From an uncultured Acidobacteriota bacterium (GTDB lineage Bacteria; Acidobacteriota; UBA6911): a DNA stretch of 64,000 nt. Of this stretch, positions 28,806-38,836 are shown piece by piece. Under the pieces are notes generated by a model. That model was not told the DNA's origin. It searched no databases and saw nothing but the letters and a program-made list of their open reading frames with translations. Position numbers and translations under genes: made by a program. Where the stretch lies: the NCBI GenBank assembly GCA_963843575.1, contig CAWJKZ010000021.1:288001-352000 (forward strand), in the 5' to 3' direction. The stretch's first letter is position 1; each line of letters begins with the position of its first letter.

Positions 28806-29242
28806 ACATGTGCAAGTTGCTGGATTCGTATCGGGATGGCGAACTCGCGCCGCGGCAGCGCTCCGAGTTCGAGCTTCACCTGCGATCGTGTCCGCGGTGT
28901 CGGCTCGCGCAGTCGCTCCTCAACAACATCGTCAGTTCCATCAGGGCCGGCGAGCCGGTGCTACCCTGCGGGCTGGCGGAACGCATCGCCAGCCGCGCTT
29001 TCCAGCAAAAATCGACCTGGGAAAGTTACATCATTTCGTGGCTGCGGCCCAAACCGGTATGGGCGGCGGTGGCGCTGTCGGTGCTGATCCTGTCGGGAGT
29101 GCTCGCCTGGCCAGGCAGGACGGAATCAAACGAGATGTACAGTCTCTATGAAAGTCTCTGGAGGAAAAGCACGGAAGGATATTTCCTCCAGACCGAGGAC
29201 GAGTTCATGCGCTGGGTACAGTACGACGGGAGACTGCAATGA
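28802..29242 (+). CDS. Zinc-binding (zf-HC2) membrane anti-sigma factor
   Basis: C...Y.DGEL......FELHLRSCPRC motif and one TM helix; ATGA overlap with the sigma gene. Confidence 0.88.
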   Translation: MNMCKLLDSYRDGELAPRQRSEFELHLRSCPRCRLAQSLLNNIVSSIRAGEPVLPCGLAERIASRAFQQKSTWESYIISWLRPKPVWAAVALSVLILSGVLAWPGRTESNEMYSLYESLWRKSTEGYFLQTEDEFMRWVQYDGRLQ

Positions 29243-29643
29243 ACGAGCGGTTGCGTGCGTTGACAGTGCTGGCGGCAGTTTTTATTCTCGGGTGCCTCGT
29301 CGGCGGCGGACTTTTTTGTGCGTTGTCGTCCAGATTCCTTGCTCGAGAACCCGGCCCGTTCTTCGGGCCACCGCCTCCGCAGAACTGGACGGCGGCGCTG
29401 AAACTCGCGCCCGATCAGGGGGTGAAATTCCGGGAAGTTATGAAGGAGTCGCGGCTGAAAATCGACGTGGTGATGCAGGGAAACGCACCGAGAATGGAGG
29501 CGATCCGGGCCGAGATGAATCAGAAGTTAAGCGCGATCCTGAATGACGACCAGAAAAAGGAGTTCCAGGCACTGGTGCGCAGATTCGAAGAACGCATCCC
29601 CCCTTGGAAAAAGGACCACCCCAGCAATCCCCCGCCCTTTTAG
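29239..29643 (+). CDS. Spy/CpxP-like periplasmic helical protein
   Basis: N-terminal TM, then LKLAPDQ and ILNDDQ (LTXXQ-like) motifs; ATGA overlap. Confidence 0.7.
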   Translation: MNERLRALTVLAAVFILGCLVGGGLFCALSSRFLAREPGPFFGPPPPQNWTAALKLAPDQGVKFREVMKESRLKIDVVMQGNAPRMEAIRAEMNQKLSAILNDDQKKEFQALVRRFEERIPPWKKDHPSNPPPF

Positions 29644-29963
29644 GAAAGAAGACCGCCGTCCGTGGAGAGTGATGCAGGCGCAAAAGCCAATTCTCCACGT
29701 TCATCAAGGCCCCCCTTCCCGACAGCAAATCTCTGTGATGTTGAGTCTCGCCGTGCTGTCTGCATTGACATCCTGGACTTTGGGTCACGAGTTGCCGTTA
29801 CCGGGCAATCCGGGTAATGGCCTTATCAGGCCCGCAGCCAAGGGTAGGCCAGGATGGAGGATTGGGCACGGATTCGTAGAGGATTGGGGTGGTCCGGTGC
29901 GGTTTCCGTTGAATCCGATCCGCGAGGGGTGACAGAGTGCAGAGTTCATGCTTGGTTCATCGG

Positions 29964-31258
29964 TTAGCTCGTCATGGACACAGGCGGCAGGCAACCGGCC
30001 TCATAATTGCCGAGAGATCTTTCGGGTCTCCTTTGGGGGCAGACCGCGCAGTAAGTCCGCCGGTTCAGGTCGAGGCGTGCCTTGCGTGCGGCATTGCGCC
30101 CTTGGTCCAGCTCGCGCGGCACATGATCGTCCCTGCCGTAGTACATTTCATCGGGAGTCTGGCCACGGAATGCGGAGTGGGGGAGCCGCACATTGTGCTC
30201 ATCAACGTAGAACGCCACGAGACGCCGGAGCGTGGAGAGGCTGTCGAGCGAGTTCAGATAGAGCCACTGATGCTTCAGCGTCCGCCACCAAGCCTCGATC
30301 ATTGAGTTGGAGAACCTGAGCTCGGTCAGGGCGATGACGCGGCGCAGCACTCCGGATTGGATGAGCTCGTCGACATTTCGGTTGACGTTTTCCACGCCGG
30401 CGTCCGCCACGACTGTCGGAGGCGCATCTGAGCAGGCGCCGCCCTGTCCCGCTTCGAGAAGGACGGAGATCGTGCTGGCAGGATCGAACTTGTCCGCCAG
30501 CCGCCAGGCCAGAATGCGACGGGAGAAGTTGTCGATGACGGCGTGCAGGAAAGCCTTGCTGCCGTCGAGCAGCCTGATGACGGTCGTATCAATGTGCCAT
30601 ACCTGGTTTGGCTGAGTTGTTCGGAGACCGACCTTGGGCTTGGCAGGATGAACACGTAGGCGGGGACGACGCCAACCGAAGCGGTGGATGAGTGTGTACC
30701 AGGTCGAAGGGGAAGCGAAGACCTTTCCGAGCCGTTGCGCGAGGATGGCGAGGGTTCCGGTTGGAACATGGCGGTACTACTCGGACCTGACCATCTCTCG
30801 AAGTCCGGGGACAGGAGGATCGGTCGTCGAGGCGACAGGCTTTCCGCGAGCTTGTCCACGAATGGTAGCGAGCCGGAGAGAGGCGCAAGAAACGCAGCAC
30901 GGCCCGAAGAGGCAGAAACTGACGAGCAAGGTCGATGGATCGCAGCAGTGAAGCCTTGGCTTTTCCCCCCGGCACGCGCTCGTTGGCCAGGCTGAATCCG
31001 GAGATGCGCAGCAAGACGACGAGGTTACGAAGCAGAGCGAGGAGTTTCCGGATACGCCGTCGGAGCATGAGAACCTCGTGCTGGAGTTCCTGCTCCTTCA
31101 TCGAGAGGACATCGAGGGTGGGGAGATTCGTGAAGCCAGCCCATCACGGTAGACGCGGGTATCCCCAGATCTATGGCAAGGGACGGATCTCGGGAAGTGC
31201 GGACGAGCTCTTTGAGACGGTGGTCATAGGAACGCTGGGGTCGGAGTTTGACACTCAT
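29964..31258 (-). pseudogene. Fragmented DDE (rve integrase-core) transposase
   Basis: HTH-like N-terminal piece; WHIDTT...IDNFSR; DAGVEN; NSMIEAWWRTLK; HN..LPHSAF.GQTPDE. The pieces lie in several frames. Confidence 0.82.
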
Positions 31259-31442
31259 GCCCCGATCATGGATAGCCGCGGGAAAAGTTCAACCCTGTCA
31301 AGGGGCAACCGAAGCTGATCAGGCAGGTAGTGCGACAGTACGAGTCGTACGAGTAGAACGTTGTTAGAACGTTTGCCCGAAAAAGCCTCTTCAGAGACAG
31401 TGAATTGAACTGGAAAAGTGTTTTTTGATGAGGCTTTTGAAC

Positions 31443-31517
<75 letters not shown>

Positions 31518-31567
31518 GCAATGGTACGAAACGCAGGCAGCTAACATACAGGCAGTGGGGCGAGTTG

Positions 31568-32056
31568 TCAATCGCCCGGCGCGCGTTTCGGCCGCGAAAT
31601 CGCAGCGGGGCGCGCGCCCGTCGCCCGGACATAGTCCGCCTGGGACAGCACGATCTGCACGCCACGCACACCTGCCGACACCGAAATCGTCCCGAACGCC
31701 TCGGCGCTCAGGTCAAGGTACACCGGGTACTCTTTCCTGCAGGCCAGGGCGGTCACGCCACCCCGGACGTATCCCGTCAACGGCTGAACCTGTTTGAGCG
31801 GCACCGTCTCGACCTTCCGGTCACCCGAGACGTGGGCGAGCGCCTTCAGGTCGAGCTCCGCGTCCCCCGGAACCACCGCCAGGCACACGCCGAACCGGTC
31901 CCCGCGGACTACCAGGGTTTTAAAGACCTGCGCCGGCGGGAACCCGATTTTGCGCGCGACGTCCTCGGCGGTGAATTCGTCACCCTCGATCGCGTATTCC
32001 CGCAGCTCATAGGCAATCCCGAGCCCATCCAGCAGCCGGGCCGCGTTCGTCTTCAT
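31568..32056 (-). CDS. ybaK: Cys-tRNA(Pro) deacylase
   Basis: KTNAARLL, QVFKTLV, LTGYVRGG and SAG.RG.Q motifs. Confidence 0.92.
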   Translation of the reverse strand: MKTNAARLLDGLGIAYELREYAIEGDEFTAEDVARKIGFPPAQVFKTLVVRGDRFGVCLAVVPGDAELDLKALAHVSGDRKVETVPLKQVQPLTGYVRGGVTALACRKEYPVYLDLSAEAFGTISVSAGVRGVQIVLSQADYVRATGARPAAISRPKRAPGD

Positions 32057-32148
32057 GGGCCCATCATAGCCGATCGCCGCCGGCCTTGCGCAATTGCTCT
32101 TTTGGGGCGACGATAGCGGGACAGTCCCGTCTCGGGGAGGCAAGAGCG

Positions 32149-34224
32149 ATGCGACACCTGAAGGTCACCGTTGCGCTGATCTGTGCCGGCATTCTGACCG
32201 GCGTTTCCGACGCCCGGACCCACTTCACGCTGCAGCAGGTACTCAACGCGCCGTTTACCAGCGACCTGACCGCGTCGCCGGACGGCAGGAAACTGGCGTG
32301 GTTTGTTTTTCAGGAGGGGCGGCGCAACGTGTGGGGGGCCGAGGGCCCGCGCTACGTGCCGCGTCGGCTGACGGCCTTCGGCGACGACGATGGGCAGGAG
32401 TTGTCGGAACTGTGCTGGAGTCCGGACAGCTCCACGCTGGTGTTCGTCCGCGGCCAGGGGCCGAACAGTTCCGGCGAAACGCCCAACCCTGCGCACGACC
32501 CGGCCGGCACCGAGAGGGCGCTCTGGGCCGTCCCCTTCGCGGGAGGGACGGCGCGCAAGCTCGGCTCCGGAGACTCGCTCGCCGTCTCGTCCACGGGCCA
32601 GGTCGCTTTCGTGTCGGAGGGCGCAATCCTGACGGCGTCTCTTGCGGGGGCGGCGGAGCCGAAACCGCTGTTTCGCGTGCGCGGGCGCAGCAGCAGCCCC
32701 GCCTGGTCTCCCGACGGCAGGACCCTCGCCTTCGTGAGCGAACGGGACGACCACAGTTACGTCGTGCTGTTTCGGACCGAGAGCCGGACCATTGCCTTCG
32801 TCGAGCCCGGTTTCGACCGCGACCACACGCCGCGCTGGTCGCCCGAAGGCGATCGAGTCGCGTTCGTGCGCCAGCCGGGCCGGGGCGGGGAACCCCCGCA
32901 ACCGGGTTCGGACGTACCCGAGCCCTGGTCGATCGTCGTCGCCGACGCGAACACACTGCGGGGCGGGACCGTTTGGCAGAGCGGGGCGGCCCCGGAGGCG
33001 TCCATCCCCAGCCGGGACGGCTGCGAGACCCTGCGCTGGGGAGCGGGGGGAAGGCTCGTTTTCCCGTCGGAACAGGACGGGTGGATGCGCCTCTACTCGC
33101 TTCCGGTGTCTGGTGGCACGCCGGTCCCGCTTACGGCGGGCGAGTCGGAGATCGAACAGTGGGTCCTGTCGCCGGACCGTTCTGAAGTCGTCTACATGTC
33201 GAACGCTGGCGACACCGACCGGCGCCACCTCTGGCGCGTCCCGGTCTCCGGCGGCGCGCCCGCCGCGCTGACCGGCGGCGACTCCATCGAGTGGAGTCCC
33301 GCGGCGCTTGGCGACGGCAAGGTGGCCTTCCTGCGCTCCGACGCGCACCTGCCGGGAACACCGCATATCCTGGCGACCGGCGGCTCCCGGCCGCAACCCA
33401 TTGCGCCCGGCCTTCTGCCGAAGGACTTTCCTGCCGACGCCCTTGTCATCGCTCAAGCGATCAACCTGAAGGCTGCGGATGGCACTGCCGTGCACGGCCA
33501 GCTGTTCCTGCCGCCCGGGGGGACCGCAACCGGAAAGCTACCGGCCGCGGTGTTCGTTCACGGCGGCCCCATGCGGCAGATGCTGCTGGGGTGGCACTAC
33601 ATGTTTTACTACCACAACTGTTATGCAATGAATCAGTACCTGGCGGACCGAGGTTATGTCGTGCTCAGCGTCAACTACCGCAGCGGCATAGGCTACGGAC
33701 GCGCGTTCCGAGAAGCCCCTGGACGCGGACCCCGGGGCGCGTCCGAATACCAGGACGTCGTGGCGGCCGCCCACTACCTGCGCGGCCGCGACGACGTGAA
33801 CCCGGCGAGGATCGTTCTGTGGGGCGGATCGTACGGAGGCTACCTCACCGCGCTCGGGCTGGCGCGCAACTCCGACCTGTTCGCGGCCGGCGTGGACCTG
33901 CACGGCGTGCACGACTGGTCCACGCGCGCCTTCCGAACCTGGGCGGGGACGGAATCGCCCGAGGTCGTCAAAAAAGCGCGCGAAGCCTCGCCGGTCGCTT
34001 CAGTCGATAAGTGGACCTCTCCCGTCCTGCTGATCCACGGCGACGACGACCGCAACGTGGACTTCAGCCAGACCGTTGACCTTGTTCAGAGGCTCCGGGC
34101 GCGCAAGGTCGACTTCGAACAGGTTGTGTTCCCCGACGAGGTGCACGACTTCCTGCTGCACCGCAACTGGCTGGACGCCTTCGCGGCCGCGGCGGAGTTC
34201 TTAGACCGGCGCCTGAAAAAATGA
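32149..34224 (+). CDS. S9 prolyl oligopeptidase-family peptidase with a PD40 propeller
   Basis: WSPDG repeats, VHGGP, GGSYGG nucleophile, HGDDDRNV, DEVH. Confidence 0.92.
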   Translation: MRHLKVTVALICAGILTGVSDARTHFTLQQVLNAPFTSDLTASPDGRKLAWFVFQEGRRNVWGAEGPRYVPRRLTAFGDDDGQELSELCWSPDSSTLVFVRGQGPNSSGETPNPAHDPAGTERALWAVPFAGGTARKLGSGDSLAVSSTGQVAFVSEGAILTASLAGAAEPKPLFRVRGRSSSPAWSPDGRTLAFVSERDDHSYVVLFRTESRTIAFVEPGFDRDHTPRWSPEGDRVAFVRQPGRGGEPPQPGSDVPEPWSIVVADANTLRGGTVWQSGAAPEASIPSRDGCETLRWGAGGRLVFPSEQDGWMRLYSLPVSGGTPVPLTAGESEIEQWVLSPDRSEVVYMSNAGDTDRRHLWRVPVSGGAPAALTGGDSIEWSPAALGDGKVAFLRSDAHLPGTPHILATGGSRPQPIAPGLLPKDFPADALVIAQAINLKAADGTAVHGQLFLPPGGTATGKLPAAVFVHGGPMRQMLLGWHYMFYYHNCYAMNQYLADRGYVVLSVNYRSGIGYGRAFREAPGRGPRGASEYQDVVAAAHYLRGRDDVNPARIVLWGGSYGGYLTALGLARNSDLFAAGVDLHGVHDWSTRAFRTWAGTESPEVVKKAREASPVASVDKWTSPVLLIHGDDDRNVDFSQTVDLVQRLRARKVDFEQVVFPDEVHDFLLHRNWLDAFAAAAEFLDRRLKK

Positions 34225-34230
34225 GCGATG

Positions 34231-34301
34231 TGGGCCGCGGCGGCTCGCCGCGGCCCCCGGGCGGCAGGATTTTGAGGGCCGCGTCGAGCCGGCGCGGCCC
34301 A
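34231..34301. repeat. REP-like inverted hairpin pair between convergent genes
   Basis: TGGGCCGCGGCGGCTCGCCGCGGCCC ... GGGCCGCGTCGAGCCGGCGCGGCCCA. Confidence 0.6.
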
Positions 34302-34312
34302 CTGCCGCCGGC

Positions 34313-35554
34313 CTACAGCACCTCGGTGCCGCGCCCCTGCTGGATCAGCGAGATGTAAGTTTCCAGCTCCCTGTTTGTGGCAGGTTCCGTCAGGTCGATC
34401 GTGCGCCGGCGCTCGGCCGCCATGTACGCCGCCGAAATCAGCCGAGTGATCTCAACGCCGTAACTCCAGGGCAGGAACCCGTTGCGGCCGGACCGGAAGG
34501 CACGGATCGCGTCCTCCATCTCGTCCGGGTATCCGTACAGGTCCGTCTCGTTGTACTGGACCGCGAGCAGCCCGCGGGTCGCGGTCGATTTTTCCAATGC
34601 GACCTCGGCGTTGGCGACGGCGTTTGCGGCCGAGTCCCCGATGAAGATGCTCAGGGGAGAGATCAGGGTGTTGAGTTCAAAGGCGTACCCCGGGCCCGTG
34701 CCGTCCATGAACAACCGCAGCCCCTGTTTCTCGAACATCCAGGAGTTCGTGAACTGCGATTTGACTTTTTGCCCGGTTTCGGGATTTCGATAGGTGATCA
34801 GGCCGGTGGCGAAGTCCTCCGCTGGATGTTTGGCGTAGTCGACCCCCATGTCCTTGAGCAGTTTCTCGCGCCAGTAGGGCTGGCCCCACTTGAGCAGGGC
34901 CACCTCGGCGGTCACGGTCTGCGGCTCCAGGAACGTGAGCCCCTTGCCCTCCGGAGTCAGCAGATACCAGCCCACCGCGATGCTGTGGCAGCCCATGTCG
35001 CTCATGACGCCCCCTCCCTGGCGCCGTGGGTCCCAGAACCACCCTTCGTGAGGCCCGCCGTGCTCTTCCGAACTGCGGGTCAGGGACATCGGCCCCATCG
35101 TCCTCTGCACGGGGGCGAGTTGCGCCATCTGGGCGCGCACCGGTTTCATGAACAGCTGGTTCTCAAAATACGCGGTCCGCAGATTGGCGCTGTCGGCAAG
35201 CTCCGCCAGACGGCGCGCCTCCGCGACGGTGCGGCCGAGCGGCTTTTCGCAGATGACCCCTTTGAGTTCGGCGCCCGACCGGACCGCGGCCGCGATCTCC
35301 TCGACGATGGCGATGCGCGTGTAGTTGGGGGCGAAAATCGCAAGCGCGTCGACCTGTTGCGCCAGTTCGCCGACGGTGTCGTAGACGACCGGTTGACCCA
35401 GGCCGTAATCGCTCACCAGGGCGCACAGCGATTCCGCGCCGCGCAACGCCGTAACGCCACTCACTTCTATGCCGCGCACCTGTTTCATGGCGGCCACCTG
35501 AAAACGCGCGATAAATCCTGCTCCTATGATTCCCAGCCTGAATGGTGCAGCCAT
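34313..35554 (-). CDS. Gfo/Idh/MocA-family oxidoreductase
   Basis: GIIGAGFIA Rossmann motif, CEKP, GGG...DMGCH. Confidence 0.9.
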   Translation of the reverse strand: MAAPFRLGIIGAGFIARFQVAAMKQVRGIEVSGVTALRGAESLCALVSDYGLGQPVVYDTVGELAQQVDALAIFAPNYTRIAIVEEIAAAVRSGAELKGVICEKPLGRTVAEARRLAELADSANLRTAYFENQLFMKPVRAQMAQLAPVQRTMGPMSLTRSSEEHGGPHEGWFWDPRRQGGGVMSDMGCHSIAVGWYLLTPEGKGLTFLEPQTVTAEVALLKWGQPYWREKLLKDMGVDYAKHPAEDFATGLITYRNPETGQKVKSQFTNSWMFEKQGLRLFMDGTGPGYAFELNTLISPLSIFIGDSAANAVANAEVALEKSTATRGLLAVQYNETDLYGYPDEMEDAIRAFRSGRNGFLPWSYGVEITRLISAAYMAAERRRTIDLTEPATNRELETYISLIQQGRGTEVL

Positions 35555-35674
35555 ATCTTCCTCCCGAAGATCGTTTCCGAAGCGAAACGGGGTGAAGCTA
35601 TCAGAGGCACGCGGCGGCCGTCAATGGAGAGGGGCCTGGGCCGGTGGTATATTTCGCAAGAGGGGGTTCGCGGG

Positions 35675-36073
35675 ATGCGATTCGCCGTTTTAATCTGGAT
35701 GCTGCTTGCGGTTGCCGAGCAGGACGCCGCGCTCCAGGGACGTCTGGTGGTGGAGCCGGGGAAGTCGCCGGTCTTAGAAAGCGGCGGCAAGCCTGTCCCG
35801 CTGACAAGCGTGCGCCGCTCCGTCCGCGAGACGCTGCAGGACAGCAGGATTTCAGGCAAGGAACTGCGGGTGATCGGCCGCTCGAAGCCGGACGGGTCGT
35901 TCGAAGTCGACGAGTTCTACGTCGTGCGCCCCGACGGGGCCCTATACCGGCTGGTTTACTTTTGCGACGTGTGCAACATCACCAGATTCGGCCCAGGGAA
36001 GTGCGAGTGCTGCCAGCAGCCGACCATCCCCACCGAAATACCCCTCACCGACCCGCGGGTGCGGAAATACTGA
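35675..36073 (+). CDS. Small exported protein with a Cys-rich metal-binding tail
   Basis: Hydrophobic N-terminus; YFCDVCNITRFGPGKCECCQQP. Confidence 0.7.
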   Translation: MRFAVLIWMLLAVAEQDAALQGRLVVEPGKSPVLESGGKPVPLTSVRRSVRETLQDSRISGKELRVIGRSKPDGSFEVDEFYVVRPDGALYRLVYFCDVCNITRFGPGKCECCQQPTIPTEIPLTDPRVRKY

Positions 36074-36091
36074 ACGATTGTCCGGGCTGAA

Positions 36092-36271
36092 GAGGCTGTC
36101 CAACGGTTGATTGTGAAGTGCGGCGGCTCGACGCCGCTTTGGTGGCGGCGCCTCGGCATCACCAAAGGCCGAGGTCGCCGGGTCGCATCTCGCAACTCGG
36201 CTTGGCGCCGAGGCGCCGCACTCCAGATTACTTCAGTTCGTCCGGATTGAACGTCAACGTTGGACAGCCTC
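36092..36271. mobile_element. MITE-like element, family C (GAGGCTGTCCAACG ends), enclosing a REP
   Basis: 14-bp perfect terminal inverted repeats; TGAA direct repeats at 36088-36091 and 36272-36275. Confidence 0.75.
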
Positions 36272-36307
36272 TGAAGGCCGGAACCACCTGAGTCACTTGA
36301 GGTCCGC

Positions 36308-38836
36308 TCAGTTGTCGCGCAGGATTTCGAGCGGGCGGTGTTTGAGGACGCCGCGGCTGGCGAGCCAGCCCGTGACCATGGCGAGGGCCGCGGTGCCGGC
36401 CATGCCCGCCAGCAGGGGCGCCCAGCGGAACTCGAACTCCGTGTCGAGCAGCTTGCCGAGCAGGTAGTAGGCGGCGGCGGAAGCCAGCAGCGCGCCGATC
36501 AGGCCGGCCACCGTCCCCACGATCAGGAATTCGGCTGCGTGAATCCGCGCCACCTGCGACCGTGTTGCGCCCAGCGCCTTGAGCAGCACTGCCTCCCGGA
36601 TCCTCTGGTAACGCGTCGACGCGACGCTGGAAGCAAGGATGATCACCCCGGCCACGATGGCGAACAGCGCCACAAACCGTATGACGGCGGCGATCTTGTC
36701 GAGAATACCCTGCACCCTCGACAGGATCTGCCCGACATCGATTGAGGTGACGGCGGGGAAGCGTGAGAACAGGGCGTTCTGCACCGCGACCACCGCCGCA
36801 GGACGCACCCGCAGTGCGCCGACGTACGAGGCGGGCAGCCCCTCCAGGGACCCGGGCGAGAAGATGAATTGATTGCTCGTGCCAGGCCGGGCGAACTCCG
36901 CATCCCGGATGTTGGCCACGGTGCCGCGGATGGTCTGGCCGCTCGACTCGAACTCGAGGGTGCTGCCGACGCGGATCCTGAGGTGGTTTGCCGCGTATTG
37001 GCCGACGGAGATCAGCGGGGTGCCGAAGGGGGCGCGCCACCACTTTCCCTCGACGATGCGGGTGTCCGGCGGCTGGTCCTCCGCCCACGTCAGCACGAAC
37101 TCGATGCGGAAGTAGCGACGGTCGGGCGGATCCAGGGCGAGCTCGTCGGCCGTGCTGCCGTTGAGCCGCTGCAGGCGCGCCGGGATCGCGGGGATCGGCT
37201 CGCCGGGGTCCACCACCCCGGGCTGGGTTCGGACGAAGCTCCACAGCGGCGCGCGGTCGCGCTCGGTTATCCCCAGGATGAAGAAATTCGGGAAGTTGGC
37301 CGGTGCGCTCCTCACGATCTGGGAGAGCAGGGAAGTCTGGATCAGGTAGATCGTCAATACGAAGGCGACCCCGATGCCGAGCGAGACCAGGATGGCGCCC
37401 ACATGACTGCCCGGCCGGTAGAGGTTCCTCAGCCCGTGGCGCAAGACGAGCGAGCGGGGGCGGGGCACGCGCCTGAGAAGCACCATCAGGAGCTTGGCCG
37501 CGAGCGCCAGGACGACGACGGCGGCGGCCAGCCCGCCTATGAAGACAAAGCCGCGCACCCACGAACCGGCGAGCCAGCTCGCCAGCGTCCCGACCCCAGC
37601 CAGAAGCGCAATCGACGAGACGAGCGGCGCGGGATCGTGCCACAGCCGGCGAAGCGTGGAATAGTGCGTCTCGGGCATCTCCCTGAGGAAAACGCGCGCG
37701 GGGCGGATCTTGCGCAACGCCAGCAGCGGCGGCAGCAGAAACAGCAGGGTGGTGGCCACCCCGATCAGGAAGGCCTGCGCCGCGACGCTGGGCGCGAGCT
37801 CCAGCCTCGTGGGCAGGTCCACCAGGCCCTGGAGCAGCGGCGGGAAGAGCCGCTGGATGACGTAGCCCAGCCCCACCCCCAGCAGACTCCCCGCGATGCC
37901 GAGCGCAAGGCCCTGGATAAGGTAGATCCGGATGATCTGCCGGGAGCGGCCGCCGAGCGATTTCAGTATCGCGATCGTGTCGAGCTTCTGCTGCAGGTAG
38001 GTGTGAACGCTCGTCGCCACCCCGAGGCCGCCCACGAGCAGCGACATCAGCCCGACAAGGCTCAGGAAATTCCCCATGCGCTCGAGCCCCTGCGACACGG
38101 ACGGATTGGGGGAGCGGTAGTCCGAGATCCGGGCGCGCCGCTCCAGCGCCGTGCGCAGGGTGGCCCGGGCCCCCTCGAGCCCAATGTCGGGGGTGAGCCG
38201 GAACAGGAAGGTCTCCGACGCGCGGCTGCCGAACTGGATGAGGTGGCTGCGCTCGAGGCCGCCGCGCGTGATCAGGATGCGCGGGCCGAGTTCCACCCCT
38301 GACGCGATGCGGTCCGGCTCGCCCGTCAGCACGGCGGCGAGACGAAAACGGCCGTCCCCGATCTGGATCGTGCTGCCGAGCGAAGCGCCTGTCCGGACGA
38401 GCAGTTCCCTGGTAGCGATCGCGGCGTCGTCGGTCAGGACGGCGGACAGCGCCGCCGGCGGTTCAAGTTCGACGGTGCCGTAGAAAGGGTACATGAGGGG
38501 ATCGATCGCCCTGACGGTCGAGAGCACAGGCTGAGCCGCGCCCGCGAGGGAGGCCATCGAGAGCGTCTCGGTGATGCGCGTCATCGCGGCGCCGCGCTGC
38601 TCGAGCTCCCTCAGGGTCCGCAGCTCCGCGTCGTTCGGGGCCGAGTTCATCCGTACCGCGAGATCGGCGGCGATCAGTTCGCGCGCCGACCGCGCCATGG
38701 AGCTGTCGAGCGCCCGGCTGAAGCCCTTTATGCCGCTGACGGCGCCGACTCCCAGCGCGATGGCCAGCACCATGAAACCGAAACGCCGGAGCGCGGGCCG
38801 GATTTCGCGCCAGGCCATGCGGAGCTCAAACCCCAT
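36308..38836 (-). CDS. FtsX/MacB-type ABC permease (YbbP-like)
   Basis: Two FtsX repeats (IAILKSLG, EAVLLKALGA); sits next to the ATPase and tesA. Confidence 0.9.
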   Translation of the reverse strand: MGFELRMAWREIRPALRRFGFMVLAIALGVGAVSGIKGFSRALDSSMARSARELIAADLAVRMNSAPNDAELRTLRELEQRGAAMTRITETLSMASLAGAAQPVLSTVRAIDPLMYPFYGTVELEPPAALSAVLTDDAAIATRELLVRTGASLGSTIQIGDGRFRLAAVLTGEPDRIASGVELGPRILITRGGLERSHLIQFGSRASETFLFRLTPDIGLEGARATLRTALERRARISDYRSPNPSVSQGLERMGNFLSLVGLMSLLVGGLGVATSVHTYLQQKLDTIAILKSLGGRSRQIIRIYLIQGLALGIAGSLLGVGLGYVIQRLFPPLLQGLVDLPTRLELAPSVAAQAFLIGVATTLLFLLPPLLALRKIRPARVFLREMPETHYSTLRRLWHDPAPLVSSIALLAGVGTLASWLAGSWVRGFVFIGGLAAAVVVLALAAKLLMVLLRRVPRPRSLVLRHGLRNLYRPGSHVGAILVSLGIGVAFVLTIYLIQTSLLSQIVRSAPANFPNFFILGITERDRAPLWSFVRTQPGVVDPGEPIPAIPARLQRLNGSTADELALDPPDRRYFRIEFVLTWAEDQPPDTRIVEGKWWRAPFGTPLISVGQYAANHLRIRVGSTLEFESSGQTIRGTVANIRDAEFARPGTSNQFIFSPGSLEGLPASYVGALRVRPAAVVAVQNALFSRFPAVTSIDVGQILSRVQGILDKIAAVIRFVALFAIVAGVIILASSVASTRYQRIREAVLLKALGATRSQVARIHAAEFLIVGTVAGLIGALLASAAAYYLLGKLLDTEFEFRWAPLLAGMAGTAALAMVTGWLASRGVLKHRPLEILRDN

